Shown here: in pieces, positions 10,245 to 19,354 of the stretch
How the letters are laid out: every line of letters starts with the position of its first letter
Numbering within the stretch: position 1 is the stretch's first letter
Assembly (NCBI GenBank): GCA_016934035.1
Contig: JAFGTP010000011.1
Location: forward strand, 60,486 to 124,485
Direction of reading: 5' to 3'
Source of the DNA: Fidelibacterota bacterium
GTDB lineage: Bacteria > Fidelibacterota > UBA2242 > JAFGTP01
Length of the DNA: 64,000 nt
The notes under the pieces: model-generated
What the model was told of the DNA's origin: nothing
Seen by the model: only the letters and a program-made list of their open reading frames with translations
Databases searched by the model: none
Made by a program: the position numbers and the translations under genes

Positions 10245-10766
10245 ATGAAAGATGTAATTAAAACCATTGCAATCGTAATTTTAGCTGGAATATCAATATA
10301 TTTCGCTTACAAATTCGGCACAGTCAACGAACGTATGACAGTGTTAAATAGCCAGGACTCTCTTCAGGCTATTGAAGTCAATCGATTTGATCATGCTGTT
10401 AAAGATTTAGAGTTACAATTTATTGGTCGGGGAAAACACATTCAGGAATTTCAAAAGGATCTGGAAAAACTTGAATCAAAACTCAATGAGACCAAAAATG
10501 AACTGGAAAGAAAAATTGATGATGTGAATTTTGCTTTGGAAGAATATAAGGCAACTACCGGCACTGAATTGAATAGCATCAAAATCAATCTAAATGAAAC
10601 CTCCGACAGATTATCCACTGTCAAAAGAGAAACCAACAATGAAATCATGGATTTAAAATCCATTATGCAGAGACTCAACAGATCACTTAAAACTCTTGAA
10701 GATGATTTAAAAGCCCTTGATGAAAAGAAAATGGATAAACCCGTTGAAGGTGAAAAGAAAAGATAA
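10245..10766 (+). CDS. Membrane-anchored coiled-coil protein of unknown function
   Basis: N-terminal hydrophobic helix followed by heptad-rich sequence; own terminator. Confidence 0.75.
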   Translation: MKDVIKTIAIVILAGISIYFAYKFGTVNERMTVLNSQDSLQAIEVNRFDHAVKDLELQFIGRGKHIQEFQKDLEKLESKLNETKNELERKIDDVNFALEEYKATTGTELNSIKINLNETSDRLSTVKRETNNEIMDLKSIMQRLNRSLKTLEDDLKALDEKKMDKPVEGEKKR

Positions 10767-10788
10767 ATTTATTCTATAAATTTTTGAC

Positions 10789-10824
10789 AAAAAAATCATC
10801 CGTTTTCCCGGATGATTTTTTTTT
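10789..10824 (+). terminator. Rho-independent terminator
   Basis: AAAAAAATCATCCG/CGGATGATTTTTTT stem plus T-run. Confidence 0.8.
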
Positions 10825-10896
10825 ACATTTTGAAATTTTTTAGAATTCTGTAAAATAGGGTAATGAATTTCAGATGGAAAAAGCGTGAGGTTGGAT

Positions 10897-12261
10897 ATGA
10901 AACGATATCTTATTATTACTTTTTTGTTTTTATTTACCTGCAGCACCAATAAGTCCATAATCCGGGACAAAGATGTTAATGATTTTATTATCGAGGAAAC
11001 TCAATCTGTTTCAGAATATATACCAGCAGATTCGGTATCTGTGAAAGAAAACAAAACCGATTGTGATGCCATATCCGAAATGCAAAAATTCGATTTTACT
11101 CTTTTTCCTGCCGATACTTTTACCCTGTGCGAAGACGGTGCTTTAACGATGAAAATAACAGGTCAGGGCCCTGCGGAAATTTCTCTTTCATGGCAAGACA
11201 ATTCAGGCAATTGGAAAACCGTTAAAAACGGCTCTAAAATTGACGATACCTATGATATTTTTTATGATTCGGATTTTGTCAAAAGTAATATAGGCGTCGG
11301 GCAAAAGCAGATAAAAGCTGAGATTTTATTTGATTCTGCAAAAGAGCCAATTATATTAGAAAAAACAATCTATATACAACGCAGTGGCTCCACACCGGAA
11401 GCCTCATTTTCAGAAAATGTAAATCAAGGCTGTGAAATTAACCTTAAACTGACTTCCGCACTGATTTTTGATGATATTTACTTTGACTCAGGGCAATGGC
11501 GCATTCCGAGTTATAAATTTAATTCCAATTATTCGATTACAATTGCGAAGATTGTGAAAGTGTTAAAAACTGATCCCAATATTGTCATTCTATTAACCGG
11601 CTATTCCGATTATTCCGGCTCCGAAAGTTTCAATCTTCAAATTTCCTATAAAAGATGTGAGACGGTAAAAAATTTGATATTAGATTTTTTTCAGGAATAT
11701 GAAAAAAGCAGGTACTCCAATCGAATTTTTATCGAAAGCAAAGGGGAACAGGATTTTGTGATTCGATCGGATAATGAGGCCAAAAACCGTCTGAATCGCA
11801 GAGTGTCGATTTCCTTGTCTTATGATATGCCTGAGAGGGTTTTGACTTTGAAACAATATTCCTCACAGGTGATGATGCTCAAGGATGTCGATAATCAATA
11901 CAAACAGGGATTGAAGTATTTTTATGCCAAAGAATACCACCAGGCAGGGATGATATTTAATCAAATCGCTGAAAAATATTCAAAACACAAACTGGCTGAC
12001 AATGCAAAGTGGTGGCAGGGTGAAATTGAATTCGCTCAAAAAAACTACGCTCAGGCCATCGAGCAGTTCAAACAAGTGTTCGGCCTTGGAGATGGCAATA
12101 AAGAAGCCTATGCACAATACCGCATTGGCTGTTGCTACAAAGAGATGAATCTGCCGGAAAAAGCCCTGACTGAACTGAAAATTCTTTCAAAACTATACCC
12201 TGATAGTATGGAAGAACGGGATAAAGCGGAGAGGATGATTCGGTTAATTGAGAAGAAATAA
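10897..12261 (+). CDS. Lipoprotein with OmpA/Pal-like peptidoglycan-binding domain and C-terminal CpoB(YbgF)-like TPRs
   Basis: Lipobox-like LFTC; IYFDSG, TGYSDYSGSESFNLQISYKRC, NRRV; TPRs YKQG...ADNAKWWQGE...AQYRIG. Confidence 0.8.
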   Translation: MKRYLIITFLFLFTCSTNKSIIRDKDVNDFIIEETQSVSEYIPADSVSVKENKTDCDAISEMQKFDFTLFPADTFTLCEDGALTMKITGQGPAEISLSWQDNSGNWKTVKNGSKIDDTYDIFYDSDFVKSNIGVGQKQIKAEILFDSAKEPIILEKTIYIQRSGSTPEASFSENVNQGCEINLKLTSALIFDDIYFDSGQWRIPSYKFNSNYSITIAKIVKVLKTDPNIVILLTGYSDYSGSESFNLQISYKRCETVKNLILDFFQEYEKSRYSNRIFIESKGEQDFVIRSDNEAKNRLNRRVSISLSYDMPERVLTLKQYSSQVMMLKDVDNQYKQGLKYFYAKEYHQAGMIFNQIAEKYSKHKLADNAKWWQGEIEFAQKNYAQAIEQFKQVFGLGDGNKEAYAQYRIGCCYKEMNLPEKALTELKILSKLYPDSMEERDKAERMIRLIEKK

Positions 12262-12420
12262 TCCTGATGATGAATAGTTTTATTCATTGGATTTTATAAT
12301 GACATTTTTATCAATTTTGTCAAATTATTTTGTTGTAAATTCCCTATATTACCCGTTATATTACCTTCTGTGAAAATTGCCAGTGAAACATATAAAACAA
12401 ATATAAATAAACCGGTTCGA

Positions 12421-12460
12421 AAAATAAAAAGCCTTGCATCATTTGCAAGGCTTTATTTAT
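12421..12460. terminator. Terminator downstream of tRNA-Leu, possibly bidirectional
   Basis: AAAGCCTTGCA/TGCAAGGCTTT stem flanked by A- and T-rich runs. Confidence 0.75.
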
Positions 12461-12464
12461 TTAG

Positions 12465-12548
12465 TGCCGAAGGGGGGAATCGAACCCCCATGAGCAAAAG
12501 CCCGACGGATTTTGAGTCCGTTGCGTCTACCAGTTTCACCACTTCGGC
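12465..12548 (-). tRNA. tRNA-Leu (anticodon CAA), CCA not encoded
   Basis: Reverse complement GCCGAAGTGGTGAAACTGGTAGACGCAACGGACTCAAAATCCGT...GGTTCGATTCCCCCCTTCGGCA; long variable arm. Confidence 0.95.
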
Positions 12549-12619
12549 TGAAAATGAACGGGGTAAAATTAAATATTTAACAATAAAAATCAAATGAAAA
12601 TTTTTCTTTTTGAAAAGGG

Positions 12620-14431
12620 GTGATTATGAGTGAAATGAATTTTAAGACAATTGCTGAATTATTTAAAAATTCTGTTGATAGATTTGGAAACAAAGAGGTC
12701 TACAGTTATAAAAGTGATAAGAATTGGGTAACCATCACCTTTCTGGAAGCATGGAACTATGTTAAAAATATCAGCAACGGCTTCTATGCCTTGGGATTTA
12801 AAGCGGGGACCCATGTCGGTATTATTGCTGATAATAGTGTGTGGTGGGCTCTTTTTGACTACAGTACAATCTTCAGCCGAGGCGTTCTGGCAACGATTTA
12901 TCCAACCCTGACACCTAAACAGATAAAATGGATATCCATGCATGCTGAAGCCCGCTATCTTGTTTGCGGAACAAAAAAACTTGCTGAAAAGGTCCTGGCA
13001 ATTATTGATCATCTGAACAATGTGGACTATGTTATTATGCTTGATAACTCAGAAATTGAACATGAAAAATTCATAACTCTTGATTTTTTACTTCAAAAAG
13101 GTAAAGAATTTGAAAAAGCCAATCCCCATGTGTTTGAAGAAGAAGCAAATAAAATAAAATCCTCCGATGTCGCTACCTTAATTTACACTTCCGGAACAAC
13201 CGGTGAACCGAAAGGCGTAATGCTCACCCATGAAAATATTTGCAGCAATGTAATAAGTTCGGTGCAGGTCCTGGAATTGTCTGAAGATGATCGGTTTTTG
13301 TCCTTTTTGCCTTTGAGCCATAGTTTTGAAAGAACTGCGGGCCACTTTTTACCAACATCCCAGGGCTCAAAAATTTTTTATGCCGAAAACCTTCTCAAAG
13401 TCGCTGATAATATCAAAGAAGTAAAACCGACCTTAATGGTTTCAGTCCCCCGGCTGTATGAAAAAATATATGGAAAAATCCTGAATAAAATTTCCGCTGA
13501 TTCGTTCATCAAACAAAAAATCTTTTGGTGGGCTGTTAATGTTGGTAAAAAATGTATTCGAAAAGAGGGCGCCGGAAAAAAAATCGGACCGATACTCAGT
13601 ATACAACGAAAAAATGCCAATAAACTGGTGTATTCAAAAATTAAAGAACAAGTGGGGGGGCAACTGAGATATTTCGTTTCCGGTGGAGCGCCCCTTCCTA
13701 AAGAAATCGGTGAATTTTTTAATGCCATCGGTGTCACAATTCTGGAAGGATATGGTCTTACAGAAACTTCTCCGGTAATCTCCGTTAACCGGCTCAATCG
13801 AAATAAAGTCGGTACTGTAGGGCCTGCAATTCCCGGCGTTCAGGTCGACATTGCTCATGATGGAGAAATTATTATCCAAGGGCCCAATATCATGAAAGGC
13901 TATTATAAAGAAGAAGCGGCAACTGCCGAACTTTTTGACCGGGAAGGCTGGTTTCATACTGGTGATATCGGTGAGATTGATGAAGACGGTTACATCAGAA
14001 TTACTGACAGAAAGCGCAACATTATTGTAACAGCCGGTGGAAAAAATGTGGCCCCGGCTCCTATGGAAAATATTCTGGTGGCCTCTAAATGGATCGAACA
14101 GGCTGTTATTCTTGGAGATAAACAAAAATATATTTCCGCCTTAATCGTTCCTGCTTTTTCAACTCTTGAAGAATGGGCAAAAAATCAGGGAATTAAGTGG
14201 AATTCTACTAAAGAATTAATTAAACTTCCGGCTGTAAAAAAGATTTATGATCAGGTAGTATTAGAATCGATGGATGGTTTCGCACAATTTGAAAAAGTCA
14301 GAAAATATATCCTGCTGCCAGAAGAATTTAGTATTGAAAAAGGGGAACTAACGCCTTCATTGAAAATAAAACGAAATGTGGTCATGAAAGATTATGAAAA
14401 CGTGATAAATGAACTTTATGGAGTAAAATAA
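12620..14431 (+). CDS. Long-chain fatty acid-CoA ligase
   Basis: YTSGTTGEPKG, SFLPLSH, EGYGLTET, GWFHTGDIG, ELTPSLKIKR. Confidence 0.92.
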   Translation: MIMSEMNFKTIAELFKNSVDRFGNKEVYSYKSDKNWVTITFLEAWNYVKNISNGFYALGFKAGTHVGIIADNSVWWALFDYSTIFSRGVLATIYPTLTPKQIKWISMHAEARYLVCGTKKLAEKVLAIIDHLNNVDYVIMLDNSEIEHEKFITLDFLLQKGKEFEKANPHVFEEEANKIKSSDVATLIYTSGTTGEPKGVMLTHENICSNVISSVQVLELSEDDRFLSFLPLSHSFERTAGHFLPTSQGSKIFYAENLLKVADNIKEVKPTLMVSVPRLYEKIYGKILNKISADSFIKQKIFWWAVNVGKKCIRKEGAGKKIGPILSIQRKNANKLVYSKIKEQVGGQLRYFVSGGAPLPKEIGEFFNAIGVTILEGYGLTETSPVISVNRLNRNKVGTVGPAIPGVQVDIAHDGEIIIQGPNIMKGYYKEEAATAELFDREGWFHTGDIGEIDEDGYIRITDRKRNIIVTAGGKNVAPAPMENILVASKWIEQAVILGDKQKYISALIVPAFSTLEEWAKNQGIKWNSTKELIKLPAVKKIYDQVVLESMDGFAQFEKVRKYILLPEEFSIEKGELTPSLKIKRNVVMKDYENVINELYGVK

Positions 14432-14435
14432 AGAA

Positions 14436-15428
14436 ATGGAGACATCCTACAAAAAAGCCGGTGTTGATATTGAAGCCGGTAACAAAGCCGTTGACAGTAT
14501 TAAAGATCTTGTTAAGGGTACCTTTGCGAAGAATGTTTTAACTGGAATTGGTGGCTTTGGCGGCTGCTACCAGTTTGATTTTTTTGATTATGAAGAACCG
14601 GTTTTGGTATCCAGTGCTGACGGCGTTGGTACTAAACTTATTGTCGCCAACCTGATGAACCGGCATGATACCGTGGGCCAGTGTCTGGTAAATCATTGTA
14701 CCAATGATATCCTTTGCACAGGGGCCACACCATTGTATTTTCTTGATTATGTCGGGACCGGTAAACTGGAACAAAATATTTTCCATGAAATCATATCCGG
14801 GCTCACAAAGGCTTGTAAAGAAAATAACTGCTCACTGATTGGTGGGGAAACGGCCGAAATGCCCGGTATTTATCAAACAAAAGATTATGACCTTGTGGGC
14901 ACCATTACCGGAATTGTGGACAAAAAACACATTCTTGCTGACCGGGTTAAAAAGCATGATGTATTGATCGGATTAAAATCTTCCGGTCTGCATACCAATG
15001 GCTATTCTCTGGCTCGGACAGTCCTTTTTGAAAAACACCAAGTCACTGATTATGTAGAAGAAATCGGAATGACCATAGGTGAAGCCCTTCTGGCAATTCA
15101 CCGTTCCTATTTACACCCGGTGAAACCGCTGCTGAAAAAATCTGGTCTTCACGCCATCAGCCATGTCACTGGCGGGGGAATTATTGGCAATACAAAACGG
15201 GTGGTGCCGGAAAATCTTCAACTGAATGTTAACTGGAATGCCTGGGAGTGGTTGCCAATTTTTAAATATATTCAAAAACTGGGACATATATCCCATCAGG
15301 AAATGGGCCAGGTTTTTAATCTCGGCATTGGTTTAATTCTCGTGGCAGCCCCGGAATCAGTGGATGAATTTATCGAATCGCTAAAATTAGCAGGTGAAGA
15401 ATCGACCATTATCGGTGAAGTTATATAA
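14436..15428 (+). CDS. purM: Phosphoribosylformylglycinamidine cyclo-ligase
   Basis: YKKAGVDI, DGVGTKL, GGETAEMPG, SSGLHTNGYSL, HVTGGG, FNLGIG. Confidence 0.96.
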   Translation: METSYKKAGVDIEAGNKAVDSIKDLVKGTFAKNVLTGIGGFGGCYQFDFFDYEEPVLVSSADGVGTKLIVANLMNRHDTVGQCLVNHCTNDILCTGATPLYFLDYVGTGKLEQNIFHEIISGLTKACKENNCSLIGGETAEMPGIYQTKDYDLVGTITGIVDKKHILADRVKKHDVLIGLKSSGLHTNGYSLARTVLFEKHQVTDYVEEIGMTIGEALLAIHRSYLHPVKPLLKKSGLHAISHVTGGGIIGNTKRVVPENLQLNVNWNAWEWLPIFKYIQKLGHISHQEMGQVFNLGIGLILVAAPESVDEFIESLKLAGEESTIIGEVI

Positions 15429-16463
15429 ATGATAGCACGATTTGGCAAAAAAGAAAAAATTGCAGTTTTAGGCGCCGGCAGTTGGGGGACTACGGTTGCG
15501 ATTCATCTTCATAAAATCGGACATAAAGTTAAATTGTGGGAATACTACAAAGAAAATGTTGATCTGATGAAAAAAACTTGTAAGACACCACTGCTGCCCG
15601 GAATTCCAATCTCACCTGAAATATTGATTTCCAACGATATCCATGAAGTTATTGCAGAAGCATCTGTTATTTGTATTGTGGTACCGTCCCATACTGTGCG
15701 AGGTTTACTCAGACGTCTTAAGGGCAAGATTAATGACCAGGTTATATTTGTGAATTTGACCAAGGGAATTGAAGAAAATACTCTGATGAGGATGAGTGAA
15801 GTTATACATGATGTCCTTGAGATATCCAAAAACAGGATCGTTGCTCTTTACGGGCCTTCCCATGCTGAGGAAGTTTCCCGAGAAATGCCAACAACAATTG
15901 TAGCCGCTTCGTCTGACTTGGAAACAGCGTCCCATGTACAAAAAATTTTTATGAATAAATATTTGCGGGTCTATACCAATAACGATATTATTGGCGTTGA
16001 GGTGGGCGGTTCCATAAAAAATGTCATTGCCATCGCTTCGGGAATTTGTGACGGGCTTGGACTAGGTGATAATACCAAAGCTGCCTTGATTACCAGAGGT
16101 TTAATGGAAATTACCCGTATGGGAATGATTTTAGGCGCCCGTGAAGAAACCTTTGCCGGATTGTCCGGTGTGGGGGATTTGATTGTAACCTGCAGCAGCA
16201 AGCATTCCCGTAACCGGTATGTTGGTGAAGAAATCGGAAAGGGACGTAAACTTCAGGAAGTTCTGGACGGAATGTCCATGATTGCAGAAGGTGTTCATAC
16301 TGCCAACACCGTTCACCAGTTGGTGGAAAAATATCATGCTGTCATGCCCATATCCGAGGAAATATATACGGTCCTTTTTAAAGGGAAAGATCCTAAAAAA
16401 GCACTGATTGACCTGATGACCAGAAACCCTGTTACAGAAAGGCATTCTTTACCTGAAAGTTAG
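15429..16463 (+). CDS. gpsA: NAD(P)H-dependent glycerol-3-phosphate dehydrogenase
   Basis: GAGSWGT, TKGIE, GPSHAEEV, KNVIAIASG, GDLIVTC, SRNR. Confidence 0.96.
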   Translation: MIARFGKKEKIAVLGAGSWGTTVAIHLHKIGHKVKLWEYYKENVDLMKKTCKTPLLPGIPISPEILISNDIHEVIAEASVICIVVPSHTVRGLLRRLKGKINDQVIFVNLTKGIEENTLMRMSEVIHDVLEISKNRIVALYGPSHAEEVSREMPTTIVAASSDLETASHVQKIFMNKYLRVYTNNDIIGVEVGGSIKNVIAIASGICDGLGLGDNTKAALITRGLMEITRMGMILGAREETFAGLSGVGDLIVTCSSKHSRNRYVGEEIGKGRKLQEVLDGMSMIAEGVHTANTVHQLVEKYHAVMPISEEIYTVLFKGKDPKKALIDLMTRNPVTERHSLPES

Positions 16464-16466
16464 ATA

Positions 16467-19181
16467 ATGAAATTTCATAAATTCAGTATTTTACTTTTTC
16501 TGATCCTAAGTGGTTTCAGTCAAGAACTTCATAAAGAGCCGGTTGCGATACCGGCTCCTTTTGAATTACAGATGAATATTGATCTTGAAAGAGTGGTCCA
16601 GCCTTTGGCCAAAGTGGCCGTTACCGGAGATACGACTTTTTTTATTCGAAAAAACCTTCGCGATAATCAAGTTACCCTGGAAAGTGTGGAATTTTATTTA
16701 CTCTTTGAAAATGACACCATCAGAATATATGCAGAATGCACGGAATATGATTCGGGACGGGTCAATGACAATGATATTGAAAATATCTCCAATGCCTTAT
16801 TATCGGAAACTCCAGCAAATTCAATGGACCCTTCCTGTGGAATGCTGGCGAACCTGAACACAATTTTTGGTGATTTTCCCGATGTGGACAATAATAGCAA
16901 ACTATTTGTCCTGCTGATTGATGCCCGTGATGATTATGATCCTGCAACCTCGGATTCTTATGTAGCCGGTTATTTTGATCCCATTGATCAGAGCCAGAGC
17001 AAAGGAAATTACAGTGACATCATCTATATTGACACCAATCCGGCCCAGATGACGGATAATCACACCTTGGGTGTGGTCGCGCATGAACTTCAACATCTGA
17101 TTCATTATCACTATGATCCGGACGAAAGCACCTGGCTTAATGAAGGTTTTTCAGAACTGGCGCCGCAATTGCTGGGTTATGAATCCCATTCCTTTTCCAG
17201 GTTTTTGAGTGCAACCAACAAAAAACTGACGGATTTTGACGGCTCACTACTGGACTATTCCAAAGTATCTTTGTGGACCTACTACATTTATAAACGTTTT
17301 GGCCTTGGCGCAATTCGCCAGGTCCTGAGAGACCCCTCCAACAGCATGATTTCCTACGAATCCAGTCTGCAGACTCTGGGATATAATATCACTTTTCGCA
17401 GATTACTTCGGGATTGGTTCCTGGCCAACCTGCTCAACGACCCAACCATCGAAGAGGGTATCTACAGTTATTCTGGGGCTTATATTCCCTTGATTGAATC
17501 TGAATTTTACCATTCCAATTTTACAAATGGTGAAATTATTCACGGAACGGTGCAACCTCAGGCGGCCCAGTATATTCAGTTTGATGGCGGGCGTAATATC
17601 TATCTCTCCCTTGACTTCCAAATCCATTCCCTGGCTGAATTGACAGTGATCAAGCATAAGAATCCGTCTGAAATAGAAATCATCAATATCAATAACGGGA
17701 AATTTGATTTTGAAGATCTTTCCTTTGGTGAAGATTATAAAAGACTCAGCCTTGTATTGGATTGGACAGCTTCGGTCAGCAATACCCAGTTCCTGGAATT
17801 TTCCTATTCAGCCGTCGGTATCGGTGGTTTTGAAGAGATTGAGTATAAAAACGATAGTGATACCCTGGATTATTATATTGCTCTGAACTCCAATTATCTG
17901 GCGGCAGAAAAGTTTTATTCTGAAGAGGCTTCTGAAATCACATCGATAAAATTTAATTGTGGGACATCCAATCCTGTTGACATAAAAATCTATACAGACC
18001 TTGCCCGTAATCCTTTTCTGAGTTTTGATGATATTCCTTCCAATAGCCAGGGCTGGACGATTTACAATCTGCAGAATCCTATTCCGATTTCGGAACAGGG
18101 AACCTATTTTATTGCCCTCACCTCTGCCAACAGCAGTGGAATCACTGTGGGGTATTCTGACAACGGTACCGGCAAAAATTGGGCTTTTCTTAACACCGGC
18201 AGCGGCTATGCTGATCTGGATAATTTTTCTGTTGATGAAAATCATGTATTGACAGGCAACTGGAAAATTCGCTCAGTGAACCGTTGTGAAATTTTCCAAG
18301 CCCCGGAGTTGGTTCTTGAACCGGACACCCTGTTTTTTTTCAGCGATGATACAGCAGAAAAAACATTTTCAATCAGCAATCTGGGAACGGAAGTAATGCA
18401 TTGGAGCGTAAAAAAATACTCTCATCTGCTGACTCTTTCCGATACTGTTGGCCTGCTGAGCAGCGGCACCAAAAATATTTCTGTAACTCCTGATTTTGAG
18501 TCTCTTTATGCCGGTTTATATGAAAGTGACATTATCATTGAAACGGACAACAACAGGGATTCCGTGCATATAGTTCAGATAAAAAAGAATGTCTTCACAG
18601 CCCAAACGGCTTTTTTGCTCCCAACAGATATTTTTGATCAAAATTTGATAAAAATGAAGGTCTTCAACATCGGACTCGGGATCGGAGAGTTTAATATCAA
18701 AGAATATCCTTCTTATCTGGCGGTCAATCCTGAAAACGGATTCATTTTACCGGAAGATACCCTTGTTGTAGACCTGATGATTGACAGCAGCCTGGTGGCT
18801 GCAAAAAGTTTTGGGTTTGTCTTTGAAAACGGTGTCGGTGAAATTTATCGCAGCCTGAAATATAATCGAACAATGGAAATTATTGAGAGTGAAAATTTGA
18901 AAATTTATGCTCCGGCCCCCAATCCTTTTATACCCCAGGTTCATGGAAAAACCAACATTTTGGTGAATATAAAAAATAACCAGAAAGCAGTCGTAAAGAT
19001 TTTTAATCTTAAAGGTGAAAAAGTTTACTTCACGACCATAGAAAATTCCGGTAAAGGTTTGCACCTTGTTATCTGGAATGGTTTGACTGAAGCGGGAAGT
19101 CCAGCCCACAGTGGTCTGTATTTTGTTCAAGTTGAACAGGGGGGGGCGCGAGCTGTTACCAAAATGGTGGTCATCAGGTAA
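16467..19181 (+). CDS. Secreted zinc metallopeptidase (M30/hyicolysin-like) with Ig-like domains and T9SS/FlgD-type C-terminal domain
   Basis: Signal peptide, VAGYF, AHELQHLIH, WLNEGFSE; C-terminal PNPF...IFNLKGE...WNG...SGLYF. Confidence 0.8.
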   Translation: MKFHKFSILLFLILSGFSQELHKEPVAIPAPFELQMNIDLERVVQPLAKVAVTGDTTFFIRKNLRDNQVTLESVEFYLLFENDTIRIYAECTEYDSGRVNDNDIENISNALLSETPANSMDPSCGMLANLNTIFGDFPDVDNNSKLFVLLIDARDDYDPATSDSYVAGYFDPIDQSQSKGNYSDIIYIDTNPAQMTDNHTLGVVAHELQHLIHYHYDPDESTWLNEGFSELAPQLLGYESHSFSRFLSATNKKLTDFDGSLLDYSKVSLWTYYIYKRFGLGAIRQVLRDPSNSMISYESSLQTLGYNITFRRLLRDWFLANLLNDPTIEEGIYSYSGAYIPLIESEFYHSNFTNGEIIHGTVQPQAAQYIQFDGGRNIYLSLDFQIHSLAELTVIKHKNPSEIEIININNGKFDFEDLSFGEDYKRLSLVLDWTASVSNTQFLEFSYSAVGIGGFEEIEYKNDSDTLDYYIALNSNYLAAEKFYSEEASEITSIKFNCGTSNPVDIKIYTDLARNPFLSFDDIPSNSQGWTIYNLQNPIPISEQGTYFIALTSANSSGITVGYSDNGTGKNWAFLNTGSGYADLDNFSVDENHVLTGNWKIRSVNRCEIFQAPELVLEPDTLFFFSDDTAEKTFSISNLGTEVMHWSVKKYSHLLTLSDTVGLLSSGTKNISVTPDFESLYAGLYESDIIIETDNNRDSVHIVQIKKNVFTAQTAFLLPTDIFDQNLIKMKVFNIGLGIGEFNIKEYPSYLAVNPENGFILPEDTLVVDLMIDSSLVAAKSFGFVFENGVGEIYRSLKYNRTMEIIESENLKIYAPAPNPFIPQVHGKTNILVNIKNNQKAVVKIFNLKGEKVYFTTIENSGKGLHLVIWNGLTEAGSPAHSGLYFVQVEQGGARAVTKMVVIR

Positions 19182-19354
19182 ATACTTCATTTTTCTCACC
19201 TATATTCTAGTTCCCCAATATTACAAATTATTCCTTTTTATTATTATTCAGCTCAATTTTACAATATTTTAATAAAATAAATTTTTTCAGAAAGACAACT
19301 TTTAACCTGTTGTCATGTCCTATATTGGCTGGTTATTAATTGAAGTGGTACGTT

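Noticed and set aside
12465..12548. tRNA as an integration site for an island
   Set aside because: No integrase nearby and no duplicated tRNA 3' end seen
12370..12597. 75-aa ORF
   Set aside because: It is the antisense of tRNA-Leu and its terminator
19294..19314. GACAAC-N9-GTTGTC inverted repeat upstream of the bEBP gene
   Set aside because: Only 6 bp per arm and a single occurrence
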